Of a stretch of 64,000 nucleotides of DNA, positions 38,101-50,100 are shown piece by piece (positions within the stretch are counted from its first letter, which is position 1; each line of letters opens with the position of its first letter). The notes under the pieces are model-generated. The model did no database searches and was not told the DNA's origin. It worked only from the letters and a program-made list of their open reading frames with translations. The translations under genes and the position numbers were made by a program. The DNA comes from Paraspadella gotoi (Eukaryota; Animalia; Chaetognatha): the NCBI GenBank assembly GCA_051294375.1, contig JBJCIZ010000028.1:551623-615622 (forward strand), in the 5' to 3' direction.

Positions 38101-41100
38101 CCCTTTTGGCGCGAACCACTACTTGCCGGTTGAAAAAAGACACAGATTTTTGAAAAACGAACCCAAGCAGTTATTCGCTCAGCATGCCTTAGGTAAATTA
38201 ATCAAATTATATTTACTTATAACGGCTAATACTTAATATTTTTTTTGTTTTTGGGTTTCACAAATGAATGGTAAAACGATAACAATTAAAAAAGACTATA
38301 TATTAAAATTGCACATTTTTTTTACATAAAATCGGTTTCTTGACAAGATGTACAACCTAATTTAAAAAATTTGTATACCACAATTGAGAAACTTAAATAT
38401 GGGGATTTATTCACCCATTGTAGCCGACATGACATTCCCAAAGGGTCAATCAATGCGCAAGAAAAAATATATTTTTTTTAAAAGTTTATGATTTTTTTTT
38501 CTTCTAAACAGTTTTTTTAAACTGTGGGGTCGTGAATTTCTCTTGAAAGTCAATATTTTTTGCAAATAATGAGAAATGTTTTTTATTTTTGAGTATTATG
38601 ATTTAAGGTGATTAAGAAAAACGGCTTTTCATTCATTGATGCTTAAAAAATTATTATTCCAAAAAAATTTAAACGACTATTGATTATAAACAATGAGTTA
38701 ATAGTTATTAAATAAAAAGGACCAAGTTTTGACTTAACCAAGCCTCTTCAGCGCTAAAAGATGTCCGCTTTTAATACATAAAATTACTCAAAAAATTCAA
38801 AACAAAATAAGAGAAAATATATTTTTTTTGTTTAAAAACAATGTTGTGAGATATATTTGCGTCTCACGCGCTCGCGAAAGGCAAAAACATTCGAACGTTG
38901 CCCGTTTCCGAATAGAAAGACGTTTCTCATTTTCTGTGAAACTTTATAGTCAAAATATCTTACCGGAGACCCATGTTAAGCAGTCGGAACGTGGCAACGT
39001 TGAATGTTTTCCTTCGCTGAGCGTGAGACCAAAATATCTCACAGTTAAAACGGTTTTTGAAAGCGGGATACATCGTTTGAAGCTCTGAAGAGAAAAGTGA
39101 AAAAAAATACACGACAAGCCGGAATGGTTCGCTCTGAAATGAGCGCGGAATTTGCTTCATGAAAAATTAAAAAAAATTTCACAAAGCAAATTTCGCCTAA
39201 AGTAAGGCTCTCATCAGAGCGGAAACATGTAAAACCATATTTTTGCTTCACTTTTACATTTGCTTTTTAAACAAGAAAAAAACTTTGTATCTAAAACTTA
39301 CCAACTTACAACAAAACGAAAGAAAGTACAATATAAAATCTATTTTTAATCAATAACCGCTGACTTCCCTCGTTATTGTTAAGTTAGTTGATATCGGTGA
39401 GGTTTTATTGTAGATTCCCAAACCTCAAAGTGGATCCACATGCCTTTGAACCTTCACATTTGATATAGTCTTTAAAATTCGCGTTAAATGCTTTTAATTT
39501 GGAGACGAATAATTTATTTGCCAACAAATTTATTATAGAACGAACATTTTCAAGCTCACAATTTAGCCTTCATTTTCAGCGTCAAATCTTTGTGAATTAC
39601 AAATTTTTCTACAAACTTCTGGAAAACTTTACCCCCTCTCATCTCTCTTCCCCCTCCGCTGCTTCTTCTTTTGTGCCCAATCATAAAAATTAGTTAAAAT
39701 TCAATAATTTATTTTAACACTTATTTATACTCTTAAAGATTATTTGAATTTTGTACTTTTCATCATTTTATCAAAGTAGTTGAAATATTTGCTATAATTG
39801 TTCTTATTATTTTATTAGCGAGGATAAATGGCGACCACCTCGAGGTTATTATAGATCAATTTACTAATAAAAATAATATATTAAAAAACATATATGAATA
39901 TAAACATAACAGTAAGTTAATTGATTAACTTAAATTCAAAAAGAATAGTATTTAGAAAAATCTTTCAAAAATGCAATTATTTCAATTTTTAAGTTTTGAA
40001 ATAATTAATGTAAGTATTTAATAATTTATAATATAACATTATACATATAATTAATAAAAAAATTAAAATATTTAGAACTATGTATAATAACCAAGGAAAA
40101 TAAGCTTAATAAATTAACTTAATGTTAGTCTAGGAAACATTCTCGATATCGCGTCCGCCTCGCACGACAATGCCCTTTTGTTCGCGCTCATCGATAGATC
40201 GCGCGTTTATCAGAAGTAAGAAAAAACGAACAAAAATAACATCGAAGATGCAAAAAGAAAATCCAGGGGGAAGCCGTCACGTGACGGCCCTCGACCAATG
40301 GGCAGCCGGGCAAATCCCAAGCGGCTCCCCCTTCATCCGGGAATACGAAGCCTCAATTCTTTTTTCGACCTCATCTACTATCTCTTTCTGATTTCGCGTT
40401 ATTTTCTTGACTTTTCACGCATTTTTCTCGTATATCTTACGTTCCGAAAACCCAGCCTCAAGAAGTCATCAAGTAGAGAAACGAACGTTCGGACAGGAAG
40501 TTCCGACAGCCGAAAAACGTCGACATGTCTCTAAACGTAGAGAGAGGACTGAGATTCCCTCGGGCTTGAGATCCAAAGAGACCAGAAGCGCGTCAAAATC
40601 TCGCCCCCGCTCTCTCTATATTCTCTCCCCACCTGACACCGCCTTCTCCACCCCTTTTTACGTGGTTTTCGGCAGGCCGATATCCGTCGGTTTTGGGGAC
40701 TCGGCCCGACAACCGACAATTTCCGTTTGCCGATATTCGACGTGGGCTGTCCGAGGCGGCTCTCTCTATAATGCCAAGGTCTGTCATCCCCCACTGTCCG
40801 GATGACTGACCAGAGGACTGGAGTTCTGTCCTTACGACGATGTTTCGTCACTGAACAGCTTTAGAAGGATTCGACGAATTTCGCCGCGGATCTCAGCGCG
40901 TTTTCGACGCTTGGCGGCGTAGTTTTTCCCGCCAGATGGCCTAGGGGGTTTATAGCTCGTCTTTTCAAAAACCCTGCCTCCCTCTTTTGTTTTCTCCTTT
41001 TATTTCTTTCTTTCCTGTTTCGAATTTATTCGATTTGAATTTTTAGAATTTCTATTTCGCTTCTGATTCGATCGAAAATAATTTTGTTGGAAATAACCGC

Positions 41101-44100
41101 TTTATCCTCCGCCTCTTGCAGGGGCATTTCGTGGCGAGGCGGACGCGAATATGAGAAATTGTTAATTCCTTTATGGGAATATTAAATTCTATATCGGTCC
41201 GCCTCGCCACGATCCCACCGTCCGCCCTTGTCTCCTAACCATGTTTTTTTCGTGGCTTTGGCGTCGCTTTAGGAAAGGGGTTGGGAAGAGAAGGGAGGGG
41301 GGGCTGTCAAAGTTCGGGAGTTTTCTGTTAATTCTCGCGCTAATTTGTTTCCGCTTACGTTTTTTTACATAGTGACGATTCCATATCGTCCCGGTTTTTT
41401 TCTTCACTACGGCTTCGCTCGTTTGACGAGTCTTCGAATTCCTGTCCCATGCTGTTCCGGACTCCAGTTAGTGCGCCCCCCTCTCAGATCGGGCGCCCCG
41501 CCTCGACCGCACACGGTCTCGCCTCTACCCAAGCGGTCAATCAGATTCCCACACAGTGCCGAAGATCCGGACGCCAAGTTACTCTCCGTATTCGGCGGAG
41601 GAGGGAGAAGTTTCGTCTCGGATTGCACGACGTCGGACGTTTTCGACGGCTTCCTGCCCACGGAGCAGTCCAGCGCGGTTTCAGTTCGCTTACATTTTAT
41701 TTTATGGCGTTTTCTTCCCTGCGAGGGGAAGGGGTCTTCCTCACGGCCAAACTGGAACCGCGCTGGACGCCCACGATCAGCAGAGTATACGCCACATGGA
41801 CGGACGTCGCTTCTCCTCCGGAGTTCACCGCTCGACGCCCGGACACGTGCCTCTCCAGCTCAATCGAGTCGGCGCTTTCCAAAGGGGCAATAACGCGCTT
41901 ACTCTCCGCTCCCTTCACGTGCGATGCAGGAAAGAACGGCGCTACCGCGCATGCCATCCTACTGTTTCGATGAGCTGCGCGGAATCAAGGAGGCTCTCCG
42001 TTCCGGCTCGCAAAATGAGGTCAGCGCTGGCGTCCGACGCCCTTGTCCGCCCCGCTTCGCACGCGGCTCTTATTCAAGCCGGCGTCCCCAACCTTTCAGT
42101 GGCAGATCCGCCGCCAAAGTACTCGCGCTGCGCGCCCCACCGCAATCTCCTTATTTTGGTATTCAGGTAAGCGCAGTGCGAATCGGCACTCAATATCGAA
42201 CGCTTCTACGAGACGTCGCTCGCCGCCAAACCCGCTCCGACAAGCGCCCTCATTTCCGCTCGAAAGTTTTCCTTCCAAGCTCAAGTGGACCAAGAAGTCC
42301 TTTCCCCGCAAGAAGTCGGAGACGGAAGGCCTGGATTCGCAATCCCGAGCGCAATGACTCGAAACGCCTCCCTCGCGGTCGCCGCCTCGTCCGACCGCCC
42401 AGGTTTATAGGCCTGGATCCGCCCATGGACTCGAGTCTCACACGAAAGGACCTTTCCACGCCGCGCGCTTCTTCGGAAGTCCCTGTCGGAGGTCGGCTTC
42501 GTTCTCCTACAGCCCCTTTGACGGACGACGCTCGTTGGCGAGACGTCGCCCATTCTCGATAAGCTTCTCCGGATTTCGCCTCGAGGGGGCGAAGCATTCC
42601 AGCACGCTTCCATCTTTCCCCTCAAGGACCGACACCGTCTTTGGGGACCGAGACGCCATTGGTCGACAGCGGAGATTGTGGCGGCTTTGGGGAGGAGGAC
42701 GCACATCGAGGTAGTCCCGTTCTGCCGGGTTTTTCTTTTCCAGTTTTTCCTCGTTAGAAAGAAAGATGGAGTGCTGCGCCATTCTTGACTTAAAAGAGCT
42801 CAACTTCTCGTTCCTTTCGCCGCCTTATTCCGGAGGGAAGGACCCGCGACTTTCGAAGGATGTTTTTTGCACGAGCGCTTTGCGGTCCTCGGGTAACCTC
42901 AGAGATGCTTCTCCTTCTCCCGCATCCACGAGGATCATCCGAAATTTTGACCGTCTTTGGAAGGGCCGCCTCACCAGCACCAAGACGACGAGGGCCCCTT
43001 AGTGGCTTTGGCCCGCCCACCTGAGGATTAGGATGTCTTTTTTTCATTGTAGACGCATTTGATCCTGGGTTCCTCGGCGGAGTTTTGTCGACGAGCCACT
43101 CGCGAAGCGCATCCACCTTCAGAGTCGAGCTGTCTCCCTCTCAGAGCTTCGATTCTCCCGATTCGTTGGACAGCCTCTCCCACGTCCATCGCGCTCCAGA
43201 AGACGAAAATTACGACTCTTCGCTCCCGCGGAGAGATCTTTGCCAATCGACCGCACCACAGTGCTCCTCAGTGCCTTTCAGCTCTGCGCCTTCGACAGGC
43301 GGCGTCCTGGCAGTACCGCTTGCTACGCTGCCAGGATTTTCATGGATTTCAACGAGACGCTTTCGGTTCTACAGTCGAAGAAGGAGCTCGACCGCGTCTG
43401 TTCCTCTCCACTCCGCCGGCGCATGGAGAGCTCGGTTGGATCGCACCATCTTCTCCAGACCAGTGCTTCGCTCCGCCCTGCACCTCCTCCCGGAGGCTGC
43501 ACGCTGGAGGTGACGAACGGATGCTTCGTCGCAGGGATGGGGTTCTTCCATCAGGGCCAACTGTCGATGGGAACCTGGTACGACTGCGGATGCCCCTCTC
43601 CTTTTTCTTTTGATAGGAGTTCACATTTTCACAGATCGGAGCTTCCTTCCTCGGCCGTCCATTTCCTTGGAAGACGCGTCAGCTTTCGTCTCTCAAATCT
43701 CCTGCCTTCGTCGGAGGCGACAGCAGGATTCAATCTCTTCTTCGGAGGAGCATTCTCATCACGTCGCGGCGTCGAGGACGCGCAAATAGTGGCGGACTGG
43801 GAAAATCCTTAGCGAGAGTTTTCCGCCAGACATGGTCGAAATTTCGCGTCTCCCAGCATCGTTTTTTCGCCACTCCCCAGGTCGGCTCAAGTTCCCACGT
43901 TTTTCTCGCCGTGGGAGGACCGACGCTAAGCAGGCGGAGGGAATAGACGCACTTTGGCGCAGCCGCTGCGTCTATCGGAACCTGCCTCTCTCTTCCCTCC
44001 CCCTCCTCTGCCTGATGATGGTGATCCGCAAGCTAGAGAAAGGCGATGGGGCTCCCTCTCCTGCATCAATCCCGTTTGGCCGACTCAGAGTGGTTCCAGA

Positions 44101-47100
44101 GCTTCACTTTTCCTTCGAGTTTTTTGGACGCGAGGCGCCTTCATCCGGCGCCCGGAAAACAATCGTTCGGACCTCGTGTCCGGACTATCCGCTCTCCTTT
44201 CCATCTGGCTAGGACTCGTAGCCTCCCCTTCTGGCGACATTTATCAAGGCCCGGCGTTGACCCTCTATTCAACGATTTGGAGAGCAGCGGAATCACTTCA
44301 CGCTCGTCGATCTGCGGAAGGTTTTTTAGTGCGGATCCACAACCCTCCGACATGACGACCCTCCAACCATTCTCCTGTCCATCGTCGGAGCAGCTGGAGA
44401 TGCTCTACCAGAGAGTGCTACGCCAGAGCTTGAGCTCCTTCTAAGCCGACCCCCTCTAGGATAGGGAGGTTCGACGATCTCAAGCCTCTCTAGAGGTATG
44501 TTCATCACGATATCTTCGTTTCTGTGCGAAGAAGCGGCCTTCTCGTACAGCACGTTCAACCTTCACAGGTCCGGCCATTCAGCTGCCTCCCCCCTGGCGG
44601 GAGCGCCGGTTGGAGAGTCATCTTTGTCCTGCGCCTTCTTCAAGGATTCTCGAGAGACGCCCTCCCTCACGGTCGGACTTTCCCACGTGAATGGGCTCGG
44701 TTTTCACGCATTCTCGACTCGCGCCCAATATGCCGATCACGCCAGAGGGACTTCTACGACGCTCGCTCCATTCTACGTCGCTTTAGCGTCAGCTCGTCGC
44801 GCATCCAGAATCGTCTCTCTTCGTTGCGAACGCGGGCTATCTTTCCTTAGCGGCAGTTCACGTTCGTCTGGTTCCGATCGACGCTCTCGAGAACTTGGAC
44901 GGACAGGGTCGGACACATGGGGTCCGGACGTTCGTCTGGTTTCGCTGCCAACTTTCGACCGCTGCCCGGTTCAGGCGCTGCGCCTTTGGCTCTCTCCGTT
45001 TCGGATATTGGACGCCGCCACACGATTTTCTTTTCTGTGCTCCCGCGCCGCCTTTCGTCAAACTCTCGACGCGAGCGTTTCGCCCTCCCTTCTCAAGGAG
45101 CCTTTTCTGGAGGCGGACGTTTCCGCGTCCCCGGTCGACGCGCGCTTATGGCGGTCTCGGACGCCTTTAGCCCTGCGGAGTGGATTCTCGGCGTCATCCT
45201 TCTGCGTCATCCTTGTTCGCGTCGGGAATGGTCTGGCGCGCAACCTTCTTCCGTTCTACTGCAGGGACGTCGCGTTGAGCACCTCTCCGGGTTTTTTCTA
45301 GGGACGATTGAGGCTTCGTATTTCCCGGATGAGGGAGCGAGCCGGCTGGATTGCCCGGGCTCCATTGGTCGAGGCCGGCACGTGAACGGCTTACCCTGGA
45401 TTTTCTTTTTTTGCATCTTTCGATGTTATTTGTTCGATTTTTCTACTCTGATAAACGCGCGATCTATCGACTAGCGCGAACAAAAGGGCATTCGCTGGCG
45501 AGGCGGACCAATATAGAATTAATGTTCCATAAAGAATTAAAATTTATTTCAAAAAAACAACAGCTATTTTTGAACCGGAAGTGGTACGCACATAAAGTGG
45601 CGTGAAAGTTCCATAAATCAACAACCTGAGAACATTTTCATTGATGCATTATTCGTTTTTTCACTAAAATTGGCAATAAGAACTTTGCGAGAACCACCAA
45701 ACTTTCTAAAGTAGGAATTTTTGGGAGCCCTACTACAATTTAAAAACGTGTGTGTGTGATAGGGCAGGTTGTATGCAGGATAGATTTATTGTTTGACAGA
45801 GCGTAGAGACTATACGCGACCAAAAGAAACTGACATTGTAACCAAGTCCAGTTACTTCTACCTTTAACCGACCTTACCTTTCACTATTTTATAGCGTTCA
45901 TCACGTTATTTCTCACTTTACCCAATGTTTATACTTTTAATCTTACCTCGTTACCTGAATGATTTCGATATCATTAACTGTCTTATCAAAAAACCAAACA
46001 AACTCACATGACATTTTTCTCTCTGAATAATCAACGCAAAGTCAGCATCCCAAAGTGGAATCTCCACTCTATTTCACAACAGGGCTACACCAACATCCCT
46101 ACTCTCCATCTAATCATCAAAAATCAATATAATACAATCGCAATACATTGGAATAAATTTAATTTAGTTTGATAAAACAGTTTGTAATAAAATTTCCATC
46201 CTCAAGATCTCCTCGCGATTAACCAACGAATCGATTCCGTCTATCGACGGCTACCTCCATTCACAACGCGTCTCACTCCTCTGATGCCGATTCACCTTCG
46301 CCGTCTCGGCATCGCTCCTCGACACGTCTATCGGACAAACATTCCATCGCACCGGCGCCGACGCCGTTCCCCGGACGACGGCGTCACGTCTCCAAGCATC
46401 GGAATCATCCCGGGTCGATCGGGCTCGACTCTTTGAGTCATTAGTTGGCCTAACTTGGTCGATGGAATAGATCGAATGGGGAGTTACATTCAAAGGAGGA
46501 CGGCAGGGGTAGAAAATGCATAATGTCTGGGCTCTGAATGTGTAGGGGAAAACCATGCTTTCAATCGAGAAGAGGTGAGTCGTCAAGAGTGGAATGGATG
46601 CTTAAATACGGATTTTATCTCACTTATATTTCGCGGTCTGAATTTGAATTGATGCTATTATGATGTCCATCAACGCAGAATGAAACAAGAGGAATTATAT
46701 ATTAATGTGTGAGGACATTAAACTCTTCGCTGGAATTGTACTTATTAACAATATTTTTTAAATATTAATCAATAATCATCGAGGATAGCCACCTCTCCCA
46801 ATTAAACCTTATCTTTAATCTCAGGCATCATCTCGGCCTGCGGGGCCGTCGCCGCTCAACTCCGACTCTCTTTCCGCCGAATCAACGAGCTCTGAATCGG
46901 AGTCGGTGTTGGCTCGGACATGCGCCAAAGTCACCGGTTTTATAAAGGTTGCCTCATGGGATTGGCCTGGAGAACTCTCTTGTCTGTAGAGAATCGTTGG
47001 ACATGCTCCTAAATTTCGTTGAATAAGTTATCATCTGGGTGCCCACCCATGGTCTGCTCATTATAGTTTTCATCAAAAGGGTCTCCTACCACAAAAAAGG

Positions 47101-50100
47101 AGGAATGGCATACAAATAAGTGTCAAAAAAAAAAATAAAAATGGAACCAAAAAAAAAAGTACAAATAATATAAAAAAAAAGAAAAAAACAAAAAAAAAAA
47201 AAAAAAGAAAAGGATAAAGATTTGTCTTATAAAAAAAGAAAATTTTTGTTTTGTTTTAAGAGATCTCAGTGTGTTTTTTTTATTGCATTAAACACAATTT
47301 AAATTATATTTTTTCTTTTACCCTACGATGTGACAAACAATTAGACGATGGCCCCTATAAAGTATGATCAACCATTGGTTAGTGTTGTTTACGCGGAGCA
47401 AAATGCCATTTATTTTATTTTATATAAGGGTCTCATCCAAGAGATCGCGATAAGATAATCGTGTAATACATAATCTTTCCTATCTCTAGGGTAGATTCTA
47501 AATATAACTTTATATATAGATATACACTTATTACAACTTTTTTTATTTGCTCTTTTTTCTTTTTTTGTTATATTTAATCAAAATTAAAATTCTATATTTC
47601 CTTGTTACTAAACATGCCCATTAAAAAGTTGAATACAACTGTTGCACTGATAAATAATACATTATAAGTGATATACATGTGTTAATTCGTTACAACATCA
47701 CTATATACTTAATAGATTTGAGTATTATACTACTATAAATACAGAAGTAGGATAGCTATCCCTATATCTATAAGAACTCCCCCCCCTATACAATATAATA
47801 TTATATATATATATATTATATATACTTTATATATTACAAAAAAAAAAATAAAAATAAAATAAATAATTTTGAAATTTAATTTAATTAATTTTTTTTTAAT
47901 TTCTCCTCTTTAACTCTTCTTAACTTCTTTTTATTTTTTTTATATTGTTTTTCTTTGTAGTTATTTTTTTCTTTTTTATTTTTTTCTATTTTTTTATGTC
48001 CAAGTAGGCCCTGAAAATCCGTGAAGTAAAAAATAAAAAAAGCAAAAGGCCTACCCTTCCCGACGCTACACCCGCTTGGTTCTCGCGCCCCGAGGCGACC
48101 GTCGAACTCACGTACGCGCTCTCGAGTGTTCGACGGCGNNNNNNNNNNNNNNNNNNNNNNNNNTTGGTATTTTACATGAGAAATTATCGTCTATAGAGAA
48201 AAAAAGCATGATTCTGTTTACTATTTTAATCTATAAAAGTACACAGAAAACAAATATAACACGTTATTCACGTTCAGCATGCAAGTCTAAAAAAAAGTAA
48301 GAACAAGTCAATGAGTGATAAAAAGGTGTTCTTGAAAAATTTCCTCTGCATCTGATAAAACTTGTATTATTCTTCATCCTCATCTCACTCCTGGCTGTTG
48401 CATTATGGATTAATAAGTTGGGTCTTGTGATCATACATTGACTGATTGAAGTTATCCATCATAAGTTGCAGTGGCTTAAAGGTAGCACAGGAGACAGGAC
48501 TGGCCAATGGCCATTCCCCCTTCGAGATGGCTACGTTGGCATCAGATACAGTTGTATTTTCTGTGGCATCTTTTACCTCCTTAATATAGTTTTAAATTAA
48601 AGTCAACCATTTGAGAATATATAAAGATTAGTTAGCTTAATACTACATAATCTGACTTTCAGTTCACTTAATTTCATAGTGCTTACGTTATACGTCCTAC
48701 ATAAATATTCCTAAACTTAATATTTTTTGTTTGGCGAAAAAAATTTATGCTTCCTTCGGTGATTCATTCCGTTAACTGCAATATGCAAATTATATTTTGG
48801 TAAAAAAATTGTTTTACTAGTTATTGACTTGTAGTTCAAATTAATTCTGTGACAAATCGTCTTATCCTTACAGACCCCCTATTAATCTGACCCTAAACTT
48901 CGTCTTATCCCTCCAGACCCCATCGACGTGACCCTCACCTTTGTCTTCCAAAACGGACGCGGATCTCCGGAGGACAAACGCGGAGAGGGCATTTGGAACG
49001 AAAGGTAAGTACAACGATAAAAAAGGCGGGAATCGGGGTGAGATTTCACAATAAATTACTTCCTACAAAGAATTATGCAGAATAACTACATATTAGGAAC
49101 CTCCAGAAATATCACCATTTTGAAGTTGTGGATTCTTGCAAAGTTTCTCATTCTTAATATTTGCTGGAGAAAACGAATATCAACCTAAAAATTTTTTTCG
49201 AATGCTCTTTATGGACTTTCCTCGCCACATTTTGGCGCGAACTACTTCCGGGTTGAAAAAAGACACAGATTTTTTGAAAGAACCAAGCAGTTATTCGGTC
49301 AGCAGTGCTTAGTAAATTAATCAAATTATTATTATACTATAACGCTAATTACTTAATTTTTTGTTTTGGTTTCACAAATGATGTAAAACGATAACAATTA
49401 AAAAAACCTATATATTAAAATTGCACATTTTTTTACATAAATCGGTTTTTGACAAGATTGTCAACTAATTTAAAAAATTTTGTATAACAATTAGAAATCT
49501 TATGGGGATTATTCCACCATGAGCACGACATGAATTTCCCAAAGGGTCATATCAATGCCAAAAAAAAATATATTTTTTTTTAAAATTTATCATTTTTTTT
49601 TCTTCTAAAACAGTTTTTAAATGTGGGTGGGAATTTCTTTGTGAAAGTCAAATATTTTGAAAATAAGAGAAATGCTTTTTTATTTTTGAAATTAATGATT
49701 TAAGGTATTAGAAAAACGGCTTATTCATTCATTGATGCTTAAAAAATTTATTCAAAAAATTAACGACTATTGATTATAAACAATGAGTTAATAGTTATTA
49801 AATAAAAAGGAAAGTTTTGACTTTAACCAAGCCTTTCTTCAGCTGCTAAAAGATGTCCGTTTTAATACATAAAATTCAAAAATTCAAAACAAAATAAGAG
49901 AAAATATATTTTTTATTGTTTAAAAACAATCGTTGTGAGATATTTTGGTCTCACGCGCTCGCGAAGGCAAAAACATTCGAACGTTGCCCGTTTCCGAATA
50001 GAAAAGACGTTTCTCATTTTCTGTGGAAACTTTATTAGTCAAAATTCTTACCGGAGACCCATGTTAAGACAGTCGGAACGGGCAACGTTCGAATGTTTTC

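Larger units (their letters stand above)
36950..48138 (+). repeat. First, noisier copy of an ~11-kb tandem duplication (second copy 48164-58202) separated by an N-gap
   Basis: Colinear match over introns, GBA2 exons 5-8 and the DIRS element. Differences are dense 1-2 nt indels. Confidence 0.9.

Noticed and set aside
36767-38200. Possible DNA transposon or transposase around the start of the GBA2 duplication
   Set aside because: No transposase motifs or matching terminal repeat found; the GC-rich part at 37748-37851 is a garbled copy of GBA2 exon 5.
40170-45474. Numerous overlapping ORFs on both strands as novel genes
   Set aside because: They are frameshifted pieces of the DIRS gag, pol and YR ORFs and their antisense shadows.
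46200-48138. GBA2 pseudogene
   Set aside because: It lies within the duplicated block next to an N-gap and shows read-error-type indels; better explained as an assembly duplicate.
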